From: a virus
Lineage: Duplodnaviria > Heunggongvirae > Uroviricota > Caudoviricetes
Length of the DNA: 64,000 bases
Strand: one strand, 5' to 3'
Virus record (IMG/VR): IMGVR_UViG_2795385758_000004
Span: 22,292-86,291 of that record
Part shown: piece by piece, positions 38,001 through 46,877 of the stretch
How the letters are laid out: each line of letters begins with the position of its first letter
How positions within the stretch are numbered: position 1 is the first letter of the stretch
Notes under the pieces: model-generated
The model's input: the letters and a program-made list of their open reading frames with translations, nothing else
What the model was told of the DNA's origin: nothing
The model's database searches: none
Made by a program: the position numbers and the translations under genes

Positions 38001-38712
38001 GACCGGCAGCCTTGGCGTAATTGCCCATCGAGGTGTCATCCAGACCCATGCGGCCCTGGAACAACTTGGTGGTGGCCGTGGTGGCCATACCTTCGGCAAT
38101 GGCGTTGGAGAGCCGACTTCCGACGAGGATGCCTACGGCGGTCAAACCCAACAGGGCCGCGCCGATTGGCCCGCCAGCGGTGCCGAGTCGGGCGATCGAG
38201 GCCGCGCTGCTCACCCCGTGGGTGAATCCGCCTGAGAACCCATTGCCCATGTCGCGGCCGAGCTGGGCGGCCTGGCCAGCCTGGGCGCGCATGCCGTCAA
38301 CAAGGTTGGTGTTGTTGCGTCGGCTCGCCTCGTCGGCAGCTTCTTGATACTCGCGGTATGCCCGCGTTGCGTCCCGGACAGCACGAGCCTCGGCGCGCCG
38401 CGCGTCGTTGACTTTCTCGGTCTGGCGGATGATCCGTGCGCCGTCGGCGTCGCGGTCGCGTAGCCGCTGTAGTTCGGATTCCTCGGACTTGAGTTTCCCG
38501 ACGGCCGATGCTGCCTTGTCGTAGGCATCAGAAGCCCTGTCGCCCATGCGCTTAAGGGACTTCTCGACATCCTTGGAGCTGCCCGCCAGCGCGTTGGCGA
38601 AATCGCGGCCGGCATCCTTACCCGCGTTGCCGAACGTGCGGGTGGCGTCATCGGCGACCCGCTTCCACGACCGATGATCAGCGGCGGCACCGATGGGTAT
38701 CTGCACGGACAT
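35086..38712 (-). CDS. tape measure protein (1208 aa)
   Basis: Very long ORF between the chaperones and the minor tails. Ala/Gln-rich coiled coil and glycine-rich hydrophobic segments. Confidence 0.85.
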   Translation of the reverse strand: MSVQIPIGAAADHRSWKRVADDATRTFGNAGKDAGRDFANALAGSSKDVEKSLKRMGDRASDAYDKAASAVGKLKSEESELQRLRDRDADGARIIRQTEKVNDARRAEARAVRDATRAYREYQEAADEASRRNNTNLVDGMRAQAGQAAQLGRDMGNGFSGGFTHGVSSAASIARLGTAGGPIGAALLGLTAVGILVGSRLSNAIAEGMATTATTKLFQGRMGLDDTSMGNYAKAAGQSYANNFGASVADNLSVAQAALRNNLIKPNSPDDEIQYTIQQLQGVAQVVEKTPQELAHSATQLMRTGLANSVTEALDIITAGSQKGLDVTGDWLDSIGEYSTQFRKLGLTGSETMTLLKQGIEGGARDTDKVADSLKEFSIRAVDGSKSTKEGFEALGFNADEMGRRFSAGGEQAHQAFAAVLTGLRNLDDPVQQALVWQRLFGTQWEDMGDAVNKLDLDPAKNQFKDLQDTSQRSTKTATETFKSEWESATKTVDQWFTDLKTSISDWFVDLPVIRDIPTMIKDLFSSSPPPPQYAAPLGGTHPGTDILANTLPGAPGAGSTVLPPAPGDNSARTLLGSALAPGTALPPPDAQRGNAVDNGPQAGDRKPIAPAGDDDKTKAPIDPSLWSVESKPVAMPPGLATAPTAAPGVLVSSPKGGPGLGRYEVDPMRVYDAESSAIRAKNSLEQDRIALIRLEQQGNADQDALLRARNQVADAERSYVSAQMKLAEAQQGTWKKLESSTQGLADGMGQIGAALDKDFGISKGLPGLAENLTKFLANMAAAPILGQLGAVSQLNPSKGGYGAMGILAAQGVFGPQYTGVAQDVAMAGIGPMALQQGVTPNLAAMYALAARGGKYAPASDLQNGLADCSGAVSDLVEVLRDGKSSPARLFDTTAFATDASAAKLGFLPGYQPGAFNVGVNPLPGQQGHMAATLPNGMNFESGGGHGPMLGGSAAGALDKQFPKQYYMPLGSGTSSAPSPQPIGPTVDYRALYPKTAGPGLAVTDPVMSDPTLTNPALTAGIPAAGGGWGGATGPAQAWSPSSTRIGGVEPATGSGAGGVGITPGGTIDTAIGMAASAADIFAPGAGQAAQTGIKLANRAIQFGAQAAGIGVQGLMDTVLPTAGSELANKSWLTKILGGVAGAAPAIPNVAGKATAPPNPNQGDPNAQGGPVKAGDTNIHVTNNRATEDGTGRDIAFHQQARNSGPGM

Positions 38713-38726
38713 GGTTCACCTCCTGA

Positions 38727-39597
38727 TCATTGGTCGCCAAATACGTCATCTAGCAACTCTTCTCGCGCCGACTCGATGAATTCGTTTTCAGCGGAGTCAA
38801 GTTCGTGCTGTCTGCGAGAATCCAGCGGCGATGAGTACTTGGTGTACATGTATTCGTGCGGGGTGCCCGCGTACTGGCTGGCCCGGTATGCCGCGAGCTC
38901 GTTGTGTGTCTCGGCGATGATCTTCTGCATGACCGTCCAGTCGCCGTCGCGCCCAAACGGCGGCGGCGCATGGGTTTTGAACTCTGAGTCTTCGGGCAGC
39001 TGGTGGATCAGCGACAGTAGTTGGCGGCTGGAAAGCACCAGGGCGCCGCGCTCATCGCGGGTGCCCTGGTGCCAATCAGCGATGCGCACACCGCGAAAAC
39101 GAAGATCGGCCTCGATCGCATTGGGCCAACGGCACCACAGCGCTACTGCCTCAATTACTTTTGGAGTCGATCTTTGTCCGCTCCTCCAGCTGGCGCTGCA
39201 TCACCTTCCAGTGCGTATCGATCTGGCCGGGAACACCGCCCGCGGCGAGGAACTTGGCGTAGATGTCCTCACCCATGAGTGCGATGCACAGCTGCTCGTC
39301 AGGGTCGTAATCCTTGCCGTCCTTGAGATACGGATAGACGTTCTGCTCGATGGTCTTGCCGTCGATGAAAGGATGATCGACGGTTTCCTTGTCGAGGGCT
39401 TTCATGTCCCGCTGGTAGTCGCGGTACCGCTTGCGCTGCTCGGTATCGAGAAACGCCGGGTTGGGAAGCTCCCACATCTCGCCGTCGCCGAGATCAAAGG
39501 GCACACCTGCCATGAATCCGAGGTGATCGGCGGCCTGCTCGCGTGCCTTTCTGGGGTCGACGGGGTGTAGAACGTCCTTGGTGTCTTCGGAGCTCAT
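38727..39597 (-). CDS. tail assembly chaperone GT fusion requiring a +1 (or -2) frameshift near 39157..39163
   Basis: The -1 frame is closed by TAA. The +1 frame is open from 39200 down to 38727. Its product aligns with the prophage A T segment, with IEADL at the identical distance (14 aa) from the slip-site Lys. Confidence 0.45.
39151..39597 (-). CDS. tail assembly chaperone (G)
   Basis: ATG at 39597 with GAAAGGAAC ribosome binding site. 148 aa immediately upstream of the TMP region. Ends ...TKIDSKSN*. Confidence 0.7.
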   Translation of the reverse strand: MSSEDTKDVLHPVDPRKAREQAADHLGFMAGVPFDLGDGEMWELPNPAFLDTEQRKRYRDYQRDMKALDKETVDHPFIDGKTIEQNVYPYLKDGKDYDPDEQLCIALMGEDIYAKFLAAGGVPGQIDTHWKVMQRQLEERTKIDSKSN

Positions 39598-39696
39598 GAT
39601 TGTTCCTTTCGGGCTGGTGGGCTTGGGGTTTCGGGCTGGAATGGGGGTGGGGCTCACCTGGCGGGCGCAGCCCGACGCCCGCCAGGTGAGGGTTCA

Positions 39697-40776
39697 TCAG
39701 GCGATGGTCGCGGCGGCAGACTTCGGGGTGTAGACCGAAGCGCCGTTGGTGCCGGTCACCTTCACGCGGAACTTGGTTGCACCGGCTGCCACCGTCTTGA
39801 CCTTGACCGTGGTGTTGCCACCGGACGAGACCGCGGGCCCATCGAGCTCGGCGGGCAGCCAGGTGGTCCCGTCATCGACGGTGCTTTCGGCGGCGAAGGT
39901 GAACGGATCGCCAGCGCCCGTGGGGTCGGCGAATACGATCGAGGCCTTACCGGCGGCACCGGGGGTGACCGTCGGCGGGGTGTTCGACACCTTGGGGGCG
40001 CCCTGAATCGTGGTCCAGCCCTTGCCGCCGACCCATTCGCCGTCCAGGCCGGGAATCAGGATGCCCGGGTTGCGCGGATCGGGGATCAGGAAGAACGGGT
40101 CAGGTTCGAGCGAGAACTCCAGCTCGTTGGCGTCGGCGTCTTCCGTGTCCATCTTGGCCGCGCCGATCTTGGTCAGCTTGCACAGGGGGATGGGTTCGAC
40201 GGTGTACAGCTTGCCGCCGGCCCGGGACCGTGCGCGCACCAAAAGCAGCTGGCGGGGAACGAAATCGGCTTCCAGCGGGGTGCCCACGAAATAGTCGCCT
40301 TGGCCCGGTTCTGCCACGAGCAGGTTGCCGTCCTCATCCTGCAGCGGAACGTTATTGCGCAGGGCCTTGACGACAGGGTTCAAGGTCTCGATCGGGGTGA
40401 ACTTCACCGTCTTTTCGATCTTGGTGATGTCCTTCTCGATCGGGTAATTCGACTGCAAGATCTCCAGCGGGCTGACATCAATGTTCGGCTCACGCTCGGG
40501 GCCGCCAGTCTTGGTGTTGGCGCCGAGGAACAGCCACCCCTGGTTGGGCTCGGGGTTGTTGACCCAGTACCCGCCGACCTTGCGGCGGGCGAACAGGTCC
40601 GCGCGCAGCTTGCCATCCTTGGCCAGCGGGTTGAAGAGATGCGGGCTGATATCAGTGGCCGCGCCGCGATAGTCGCGCGCTAATACGGCAACGAGCGGGC
40701 CTCGGATAGCGAAACGGCTATCGGTGTCGGTGAATCCGCCGACGCTCCAGTCAGCGCCGGTTTCGGGTTGCGTCAT
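39697..40776 (-). CDS. major tail protein
   Basis: 359 aa. Position immediately upstream of the chaperones. Ig-like C-terminal domain. Confidence 0.75.
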   Translation of the reverse strand: MTQPETGADWSVGGFTDTDSRFAIRGPLVAVLARDYRGAATDISPHLFNPLAKDGKLRADLFARRKVGGYWVNNPEPNQGWLFLGANTKTGGPEREPNIDVSPLEILQSNYPIEKDITKIEKTVKFTPIETLNPVVKALRNNVPLQDEDGNLLVAEPGQGDYFVGTPLEADFVPRQLLLVRARSRAGGKLYTVEPIPLCKLTKIGAAKMDTEDADANELEFSLEPDPFFLIPDPRNPGILIPGLDGEWVGGKGWTTIQGAPKVSNTPPTVTPGAAGKASIVFADPTGAGDPFTFAAESTVDDGTTWLPAELDGPAVSSGGNTTVKVKTVAAGATKFRVKVTGTNGASVYTPKSAAATIA

Positions 40777-40866
40777 GTGACGCTCCTTCCATGGGTGATG
40801 AACCGGAAAGGGTTCCGGCGATTGAGGTGCGGCGGATGCCGCGACGCGATCAGGGGACCGCGACGA

Positions 40867-41277
40867 TCAGTTGAACGACAGGCCGAGCTCGCAGATCGCC
40901 TTGAAGCGAAAGGCGTTGTCGGCCTTGTATTCGCGCAGCGTGGAGAGCTGCTGAAAGTCGATGTAGTCGACGTTGGCGGCCGTGCCATCGGGCATGGGCA
41001 CATCGACGATCTCGTCGCCGAGCCGCATGATCCGCTGATCGGTCTTGATGCCCTCGCGCTGCGCCTCGGTGATCGTCTTGCCGAAGGTGTGGATCGACAG
41101 GACAGCGGTGCAGTAGAACAGGTTTGCGTCGTAGGTGCCGTCAATCATGTTGACTTGGCGGAACGGCAGCGGATCGTCGGGCTTGCGTTCGATGTCGCAG
41201 GGGCCCAGCGGTGCGAGGTGGGCGAGCATCATCACGATCGCGTTGGGGGGCATCTGCTCATGCAGCGCGACGGTCAT
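40867..41277 (-). CDS. tail terminator / head-tail joining protein
   Basis: Small ORF in the head-tail connector block. Position-based call only. Confidence 0.4.
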   Translation of the reverse strand: MTVALHEQMPPNAIVMMLAHLAPLGPCDIERKPDDPLPFRQVNMIDGTYDANLFYCTAVLSIHTFGKTITEAQREGIKTDQRIMRLGDEIVDVPMPDGTAANVDYIDFQQLSTLREYKADNAFRFKAICELGLSFN

Positions 41278-41636
41278 CAGTCGGGCCTGTTGATGACATC
41301 GGCGGCGGTGCCGCCGAACGCGATGGCGGTGCGGGCCGCGACGGCGAACTCCGGTGTCGGGCTGGTGCCCCCGGTGCCGTCCTCGATCCAGTGGGCTTTG
41401 AAGTTGTCGTTGATGACCTTGGTGTCATCGTCACGGCCCTTGCCCTGCTGCACTTTCCACGCCGCGCCGTAGTCGCCGTGATCGACCGGCGAGATGGACT
41501 TGGCGTGTGCGGCCATCTCCTTGCCGACGCGCGCCTTCTCGGCTTTGGCTTGCGCCGAGATGTGGATCGCCTTGTCGATCTCGGACTGCGGCACACCCAA
41601 CGCGACCAGTGGGTTGGGTCTGCGATCTGCGGCCAT
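41277..41636 (-). CDS. head-tail connector protein
   Basis: Small ORF with overlapping start/stop in the head-tail block. Position-based. Confidence 0.4.
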   Translation of the reverse strand: MAADRRPNPLVALGVPQSEIDKAIHISAQAKAEKARVGKEMAAHAKSISPVDHGDYGAAWKVQQGKGRDDDTKVINDNFKAHWIEDGTGGTSPTPEFAVAARTAIAFGGTAADVINRPD

Positions 41637-42043
41637 CAGCCGACCCTGCGCTGGCAGGTACAGAACACATGATCTTCGCGGCCGTCGAGGTCGAATTCGA
41701 GCACCGCGTCACCGACCATGCTGTGATCGCGGTCCAGGTGGCGAATCCGGTGCGCCGATCGGATGTCGGCGACCGCGACCGGCGCGGCGGCACCACTGCC
41801 GTCAACAGCAGGTATGTGACCATCGATGACCGGCAGGAACGCCCACGATTGCTCAGTGGTTGTGGTGGTGATGGCCTGGTTGTCCTCGGCCGTCGACTGC
41901 ACCTCGAACAGGCAGTTATCGACCCACACAACGCGTTCGGTGACTTGCGGCTTGCGGTACTCGTCCAAGATCGGGTCGCCCTGCCCGTCGAGCACCGGCA
42001 CATCCCACACGATCGCGACCCGCTGCCCGCCCAGGGTGTCCAT
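41636..42043 (-). CDS. head-tail connector protein
   Basis: Small ORF with overlapping start/stop in the head-tail block. Position-based. Confidence 0.4.
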   Translation of the reverse strand: MDTLGGQRVAIVWDVPVLDGQGDPILDEYRKPQVTERVVWVDNCLFEVQSTAEDNQAITTTTTEQSWAFLPVIDGHIPAVDGSGAAAPVAVADIRSAHRIRHLDRDHSMVGDAVLEFDLDGREDHVFCTCQRRVG

Positions 42044-42405
42044 CAGTAGTCACCCCTGGGGAAGTGGCCGCGCGCCTTGGCCTGTAGCGCCAGGCCGAGC
42101 ATGCGGTAGTGGCGGCGTGCGATGAACTTCTCGACGGCTTCACGATCGATCGCAGCCTGTTTGGTGCGATGACCCACCGTCTTGGTGAACGATGAGACCG
42201 GGCCGAACTCGCCATACATCAGCGCGTCTCGGGTGACCTCGAATGTGACCACCTTGGCCGCCGGATCATCGTCGGCAATGGCCGGTTTCTTGTCGCGTAT
42301 CCAATCGGAGACGACCGTCAGTAGAGGCGCCGCCACCAGTTTCTCAGCTGCCGACAGCGGCCGGAACCTGGCGGCGAACGCCTCTACGTCAAGGAAGTCG
42401 GTCAC
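42043..42405 (-). CDS. head-to-tail adaptor
   Basis: 120 aa. Its position relative to the capsid gene is typical. Confidence 0.45.
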   Translation of the reverse strand: MTDFLDVEAFAARFRPLSAAEKLVAAPLLTVVSDWIRDKKPAIADDDPAAKVVTFEVTRDALMYGEFGPVSSFTKTVGHRTKQAAIDREAVEKFIARRHYRMLGLALQAKARGHFPRGDY

Positions 42406-42409
42406 GAAA

Positions 42410-42859
42410 CTAGTCCGTGGCCTCGATCAGCGCCCACAGGTCGTCCTTCTCCTGTGCCTCCAGCTCGTCACGGTCATACGTGCCGTTGGCCATCAGCCAG
42501 TCGACCAGGACGGCCTTGGTCGCGGCCTTGAGCGGCTTCTTACGGGGCGCATCACCTTCGGTACCGGTGGTCTGGCTCGGGCTCCCGGAATCGCCTGCGG
42601 TGGAGCTGGGATCGCCATCCCCACCGTCGCCGCTGTCGGTGTCGCCGTCATCGGTGGCATCCGCCTCGGCCGAGTCGCTTTCGGGATCGGTCGATTCGGC
42701 CGGCAGCTGGGCGCCGAGTGCACCGACGGCGAGGCCGCGCTGGACCTCTTCGTCGGTGAGCGTGACGAGCTCGCCGAAAAACGCGCGCCGCCGAGTGCCT
42801 GCGGGCGTGAGGTATTCCCATGTCGCCGCAGTCACCCGATGTTCTGTGACCTCGGGCAT
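42410..42859 (-). CDS. acidic hypothetical protein
   Basis: 149 aa with a D/E/S/G-rich middle region. Confidence 0.35.
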   Translation of the reverse strand: MPEVTEHRVTAATWEYLTPAGTRRRAFFGELVTLTDEEVQRGLAVGALGAQLPAESTDPESDSAEADATDDGDTDSGDGGDGDPSSTAGDSGSPSQTTGTEGDAPRKKPLKAATKAVLVDWLMANGTYDRDELEAQEKDDLWALIEATD

Positions 42860-43770
42860 TACGGGGCGCCCTTCAATCCGGTCACCTTCTTGACCGCGTA
42901 CGGGTCAGTGACGCCCATGATCGGCAGCACCGAAGACTGGACCCAGTTCTGCTTGGTCTTGGGCTCGCGCCAGGTCTCGGTCGAGAGCATCTGCTCGTAG
43001 TCCAGGAACCCGACACCGCCGCGTACACCCGCGTAGGCGCTGCCATTGGCGACGCGGTTGGACCGGAACATCGAGATATCGGCGTCGGCCAGGATCTGCG
43101 GCAAGTCCGGTCCGTAGGCGATGCGCAGGTCCGCGTACTGCACGGGGTTGACGACCCACACGTTGTAGACGTAGCCCAATTCCTCGACATCGGCGGCCAG
43201 CTGCGCGGCGATGATGTCGGCGAATGGCCGGGCGTTGTTCGGGGTCGGGTTGTTGCCGGTCAGGGTGACGTTGCCCCAGTCGTGTCCGGGGATGACACCC
43301 GCGCCGCCGAGACTGGCGATCACGGCCTCCAGCACGGCCACGGTGCGCTGATTGATCTTGCGCACCAGCGTGTTCGCCAGCTGTGTGGTCAGGCGGTCCA
43401 TCTGGGCGCGGTCGTTGCGCCGGATCGCCTCATCGGACATCCAGAACTTGCCACCCCAGTCCTCGGACTTGGCGACCTCGGGCTGCGTGCGCTCACCCTG
43501 CACGATCGTGTACTCATCGGACGGGCCGCGCTGTTCCACATCGTTCTTGGTGTACAGCTCGTTGATGCGGATCACGTCGTAGATGATCGCCCCGGCGGTG
43601 GTGCTCGCCCCCGAGGACGAAAACAGTTCCGGGGCAATGAACTTCTGCAGCGTCAGGTCCGAGAGCCGCTTGGTGATCCGGCCGGGCTGCTTATATGCCA
43701 GGTCGACCGAGATCTTGTTGTCATTGATGACCGGCGCACCCAGCGGGTACGCGACGGGAGATGTTGTCAT
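42859..43770 (-). CDS. major capsid protein
   Basis: ATG at 43770 with GGAAAGGG ribosome binding site. 303 aa. Follows the protease/scaffold and a small protein. Confidence 0.75.
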   Translation of the reverse strand: MTTSPVAYPLGAPVINDNKISVDLAYKQPGRITKRLSDLTLQKFIAPELFSSSGASTTAGAIIYDVIRINELYTKNDVEQRGPSDEYTIVQGERTQPEVAKSEDWGGKFWMSDEAIRRNDRAQMDRLTTQLANTLVRKINQRTVAVLEAVIASLGGAGVIPGHDWGNVTLTGNNPTPNNARPFADIIAAQLAADVEELGYVYNVWVVNPVQYADLRIAYGPDLPQILADADISMFRSNRVANGSAYAGVRGGVGFLDYEQMLSTETWREPKTKQNWVQSSVLPIMGVTDPYAVKKVTGLKGAP

Positions 43771-43786
43771 GGTGGGTAGCCCTTTC

Positions 43787-44164
43787 CTAGTAGAGGCTGA
43801 TCTCGGCGTCGGCGCCATCGGTGGCCGCGGACAGTGCGTAGCCAACGGCGACGCCGCTGGCGAACTTCTTGGCCTTGCCGGCCGTGCCGACCTCGACCTC
43901 ATCGAATGCGGCGAGCGCGCCGTCGGCGGTCACGTAGGTGACACGCGAATTGCCCCGCGCCACACCAACAATGTCGCCGCTGGCCGCGTCGTACTTGGAG
44001 ACGCCGCACACCCGGCCCGCCGCATCAGCAGGCGCCACGGCGATGTTGCCGGTGGCGGTGCGGTTGCCGCTGATCTTGAGGAACCGCTTACCGGTGACGG
44101 CAGCTGTGGCGCGGCCGGTGATATCGCGGCCGGGCTCGTAGACGCCCACGTTCTCGTTGGTCAT
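43787..44164 (-). CDS. small head protein (decoration or scaffold-associated)
   Basis: 125 aa ORF between the protease/scaffold and the capsid gene. Confidence 0.35.
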   Translation of the reverse strand: MTNENVGVYEPGRDITGRATAAVTGKRFLKISGNRTATGNIAVAPADAAGRVCGVSKYDAASGDIVGVARGNSRVTYVTADGALAAFDEVEVGTAGKAKKFASGVAVGYALSAATDGADAEISLY

Positions 44165-44167
44165 GAT

Positions 44168-45421
44168 CTATTCCTTCCCTTCCGAACTCGGCGCGGTGGG
44201 CGCGGAGTCAAACCAGCTCAGGTCATTGGGCACCGGACCGTCTGCGGGCTGCGTCGAATGCCCCGTCTCGGCGAGAGGGACCACCCCGGGTGCCAGCGCG
44301 GCCAGCACGGCGGTGTGGCCCTCGCGGTCGGCGGCGAGCGCCTGCAAGTGGTGCTCGCGACGCGCCGGGGCGACCTTGCCATCAGCGATGGCCTGATCGA
44401 CCACACGCTCGTCACCCTCGCGCAACTGCTGTGCGCGCGCCTCGGCACCCGCCTGCGCGGCCGCGACGGTGGCCTCGTACTGGGCCCGCTCGACGACCGT
44501 CATACCGGCCTTGGCGAGCGCCGCCGTGGCCTGCTCCAAAGTCGGTGCAGCGGGCGGGGTTTCGTCACTCTCCTGGCCGTCGTCAGCACGCTCTTCGAGC
44601 GCTTCGGCGGCAGCAGACAAAATGGTCTCGTCGTCGGCGTCGGCATCGATACCGAGCAGCTTGGCGAGGCCCTCATTCAGGGTTGCCACAATGGGCTCCT
44701 TTCCTCTGTTGACCTCGCCCTTCTCGGGCCGAGGGGTCTTGTTGTGCACCAGCGGAATTCGTGGCGCAGGCGCGGACTGGCGTCCGGCATAGCGGAACGC
44801 CGACAGATCGAACACCGATGCACGCGCGGCGGCCGACTTGGAGTCAGGCTCGGGTAGCTCGACGACACGATCGGCCAAACCGGCCTCGACCGCTTCGTCG
44901 GCGAGCAGCCAGGTTTCCTCAGCCATCACGTCGAGCCAGTCCTCGACGGTGCCCCCTGCCCGGTCGGCGTAGATCTGCGCAATGTTGCTGTTGTGCTGGG
45001 CCAGTCGCGCCGCGCTCTTCTCCATGGCGCGGGCATCTCCGACGCACGCCGCCCAGGCGTTGTGCACCATCATCTGGCTGTTGCGGTTCATCACGATCTC
45101 ATCGCCGGCCATCGCGATCACCGAGGCGATCGAGGCCGCGAGGCTGTCGACCACGACGGTCACCGTGGCGGGGTGATCACGTAGCGCGTTGAGAATGGCG
45201 ATGCCGTCGAACACCGAGCCGCCGGGGCTGTTGATGCGCACCGTGATGGCATCGTTGTCGATCGCGCTCAGGTCGCGGGCGAACTGTTCGGCGGAAATGC
45301 CGTACCACGAATCGATTTCGTCGTAGATCAGCAGCTCGGCCGGGCCGTCATCGGTCTTGGCGGCATTGCGGATGCTGTACCACGGGGGGCGTTGGCCCGC
45401 CGTGCGATTCTTGGTCACCAC
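44168..45421 (-). CDS. capsid maturation protease (ClpP-like serine protease) fused to scaffold-like C-terminal domain
   Basis: N-terminal half is ClpP/S14-like (SPGGSVFDGIAILNAL). C-terminal half is a charged coiled coil. Between the portal and capsid genes. Confidence 0.7.
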   Translation of the reverse strand: MVTKNRTAGQRPPWYSIRNAAKTDDGPAELLIYDEIDSWYGISAEQFARDLSAIDNDAITVRINSPGGSVFDGIAILNALRDHPATVTVVVDSLAASIASVIAMAGDEIVMNRNSQMMVHNAWAACVGDARAMEKSAARLAQHNSNIAQIYADRAGGTVEDWLDVMAEETWLLADEAVEAGLADRVVELPEPDSKSAAARASVFDLSAFRYAGRQSAPAPRIPLVHNKTPRPEKGEVNRGKEPIVATLNEGLAKLLGIDADADDETILSAAAEALEERADDGQESDETPPAAPTLEQATAALAKAGMTVVERAQYEATVAAAQAGAEARAQQLREGDERVVDQAIADGKVAPARREHHLQALAADREGHTAVLAALAPGVVPLAETGHSTQPADGPVPNDLSWFDSAPTAPSSEGKE

Positions 45422-46863
45422 AGCGTCGGGTCTCCGTTCCTCGTGGCCGTGCTGGCGCCACCGGGGCGCGCTCGGGTATGGGTGCGCACACGCACCGGCC
45501 CTCCGCTGTTGCGGGGCGCGGCGGCGGATTCGTCGTCGGGCTCCGGTTCGGCCTCGGGCGCGTTGGGATCGGGACCGGGTAGGCCAGTGGCCGAGCGGAT
45601 GAAGGCCTCAAGACGGGCGTCGGGTGTCAACAGTCCTGCGTTGACCAGCATTTGCAGTGCCGCGGCGGTAGCGTCCTGGCGCGAACCGATCTCATCGAAC
45701 ACCAGCAGCGGCGCCGGTTCGTCCTCGCCGAAATTGAGGTCGACCAGATCCTCGACGATGTGCGCCTGTGCGGTGTTGCGGATGTCTTCGGCGACCGTCT
45801 GGACCGACTGCACGAACGTGTCGGCTTGCACACTGGCCAGCGCGTACGAGCCGCCCTTGCCATCCAGATTCAGGAAGTGCGCCAACGCAACCAGGGCCAT
45901 CTGGTGGTCGTGGTACTCGATCGCACGGCGCGGGTCCATCGGGGTGCCCGATGGCGACATGATCCCGGCCTCTTGGCCCTCAGCCAGGGCCAGGCCGGAC
46001 GACTCGCCACCGCTGTACTTAGAGGCGACATCGAGCAGCGCGTCCATGCGCTCTTCGTCCTGAGAGTCGTTCTCGTTGCCCTTGATCCACGGGACGCCGA
46101 TGCCATGGCGGCGTGCTGCGGCGGCCTCGATGCGCATCAGCTCGTCTTTGAGCTTCCAGTGCTTGTAGGCAGGCCGCAGCAGGCTGTTGCCGATCCACAC
46201 ACCCGGATCGGGCTCGTACGCATACACGACCAGCCGGTTGATGGGAATGGTCGAATCCAGCGGCCCGCCAGCGGGTATCGCCACTCCGCTCGATGTCATG
46301 GTGAACCCGCTGGAGGGGTGTTGCTCGATCGAGATCAGACCGCCGTCGCGGTCGACGTTCCACTTGGCGATGGTCACCTGGGGACGCGGGGCGAGCTTGC
46401 GCAGCACGGCGCGTACGTTGGCGCCCTCGCCTTCGAGACGGTAGACCTGCTCAAATACCGAGTGCCCGTACCGCAATGCCATAAGGGCCTGCTGCAAGTG
46501 TTTGTCCCAGGAGAACCGGCCACGGGACCGCGCCTGGGGTTCGTCCTCGTCGGCGGCACCCTCGATGGGCAGACCCAGATTGCGGGCGATGAATTCGGTG
46601 ACCTCATCGCTGGCGCCGTTCTGCCGGATACGCCACGCGGTGCGGCGAATGGGCAGCCCAATTGCCCGCAGCACCGACGAGATTCGGGCGTCCTCGCGGA
46701 CCATGCGCGTGTAGGTCCACACCGACAGCGGCCAAATCAGGTCGGCAGTCTGCTCGAACTGATCGATAGGTCCACCCCAGCCGGTCGCGCCGGCCGAGCT
46801 GAGCACGTACCCCTGTTCGGTACGCGGGGCGGCGGTCTTCTTCGGTGCCTGCTGATCGGCCAT
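45415..46863 (-). CDS. portal protein
   Basis: 482 aa directly downstream of the terminase large subunit. Confidence 0.8.
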   Translation of the reverse strand: MADQQAPKKTAAPRTEQGYVLSSAGATGWGGPIDQFEQTADLIWPLSVWTYTRMVREDARISSVLRAIGLPIRRTAWRIRQNGASDEVTEFIARNLGLPIEGAADEDEPQARSRGRFSWDKHLQQALMALRYGHSVFEQVYRLEGEGANVRAVLRKLAPRPQVTIAKWNVDRDGGLISIEQHPSSGFTMTSSGVAIPAGGPLDSTIPINRLVVYAYEPDPGVWIGNSLLRPAYKHWKLKDELMRIEAAAARRHGIGVPWIKGNENDSQDEERMDALLDVASKYSGGESSGLALAEGQEAGIMSPSGTPMDPRRAIEYHDHQMALVALAHFLNLDGKGGSYALASVQADTFVQSVQTVAEDIRNTAQAHIVEDLVDLNFGEDEPAPLLVFDEIGSRQDATAAALQMLVNAGLLTPDARLEAFIRSATGLPGPDPNAPEAEPEPDDESAAAPRNSGGPVRVRTHTRARPGGASTATRNGDPTLW

Positions 46864-46877
46864 GCTCGCCCCCTTTC

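Noticed and set aside
39140-39170. Canonical -1 frameshift for the prophage B chaperone
   Set aside because: The -1 frame reads ...caa aag taa and terminates immediately. Only the +1 frame is open and homologous to the T segment of prophage A.
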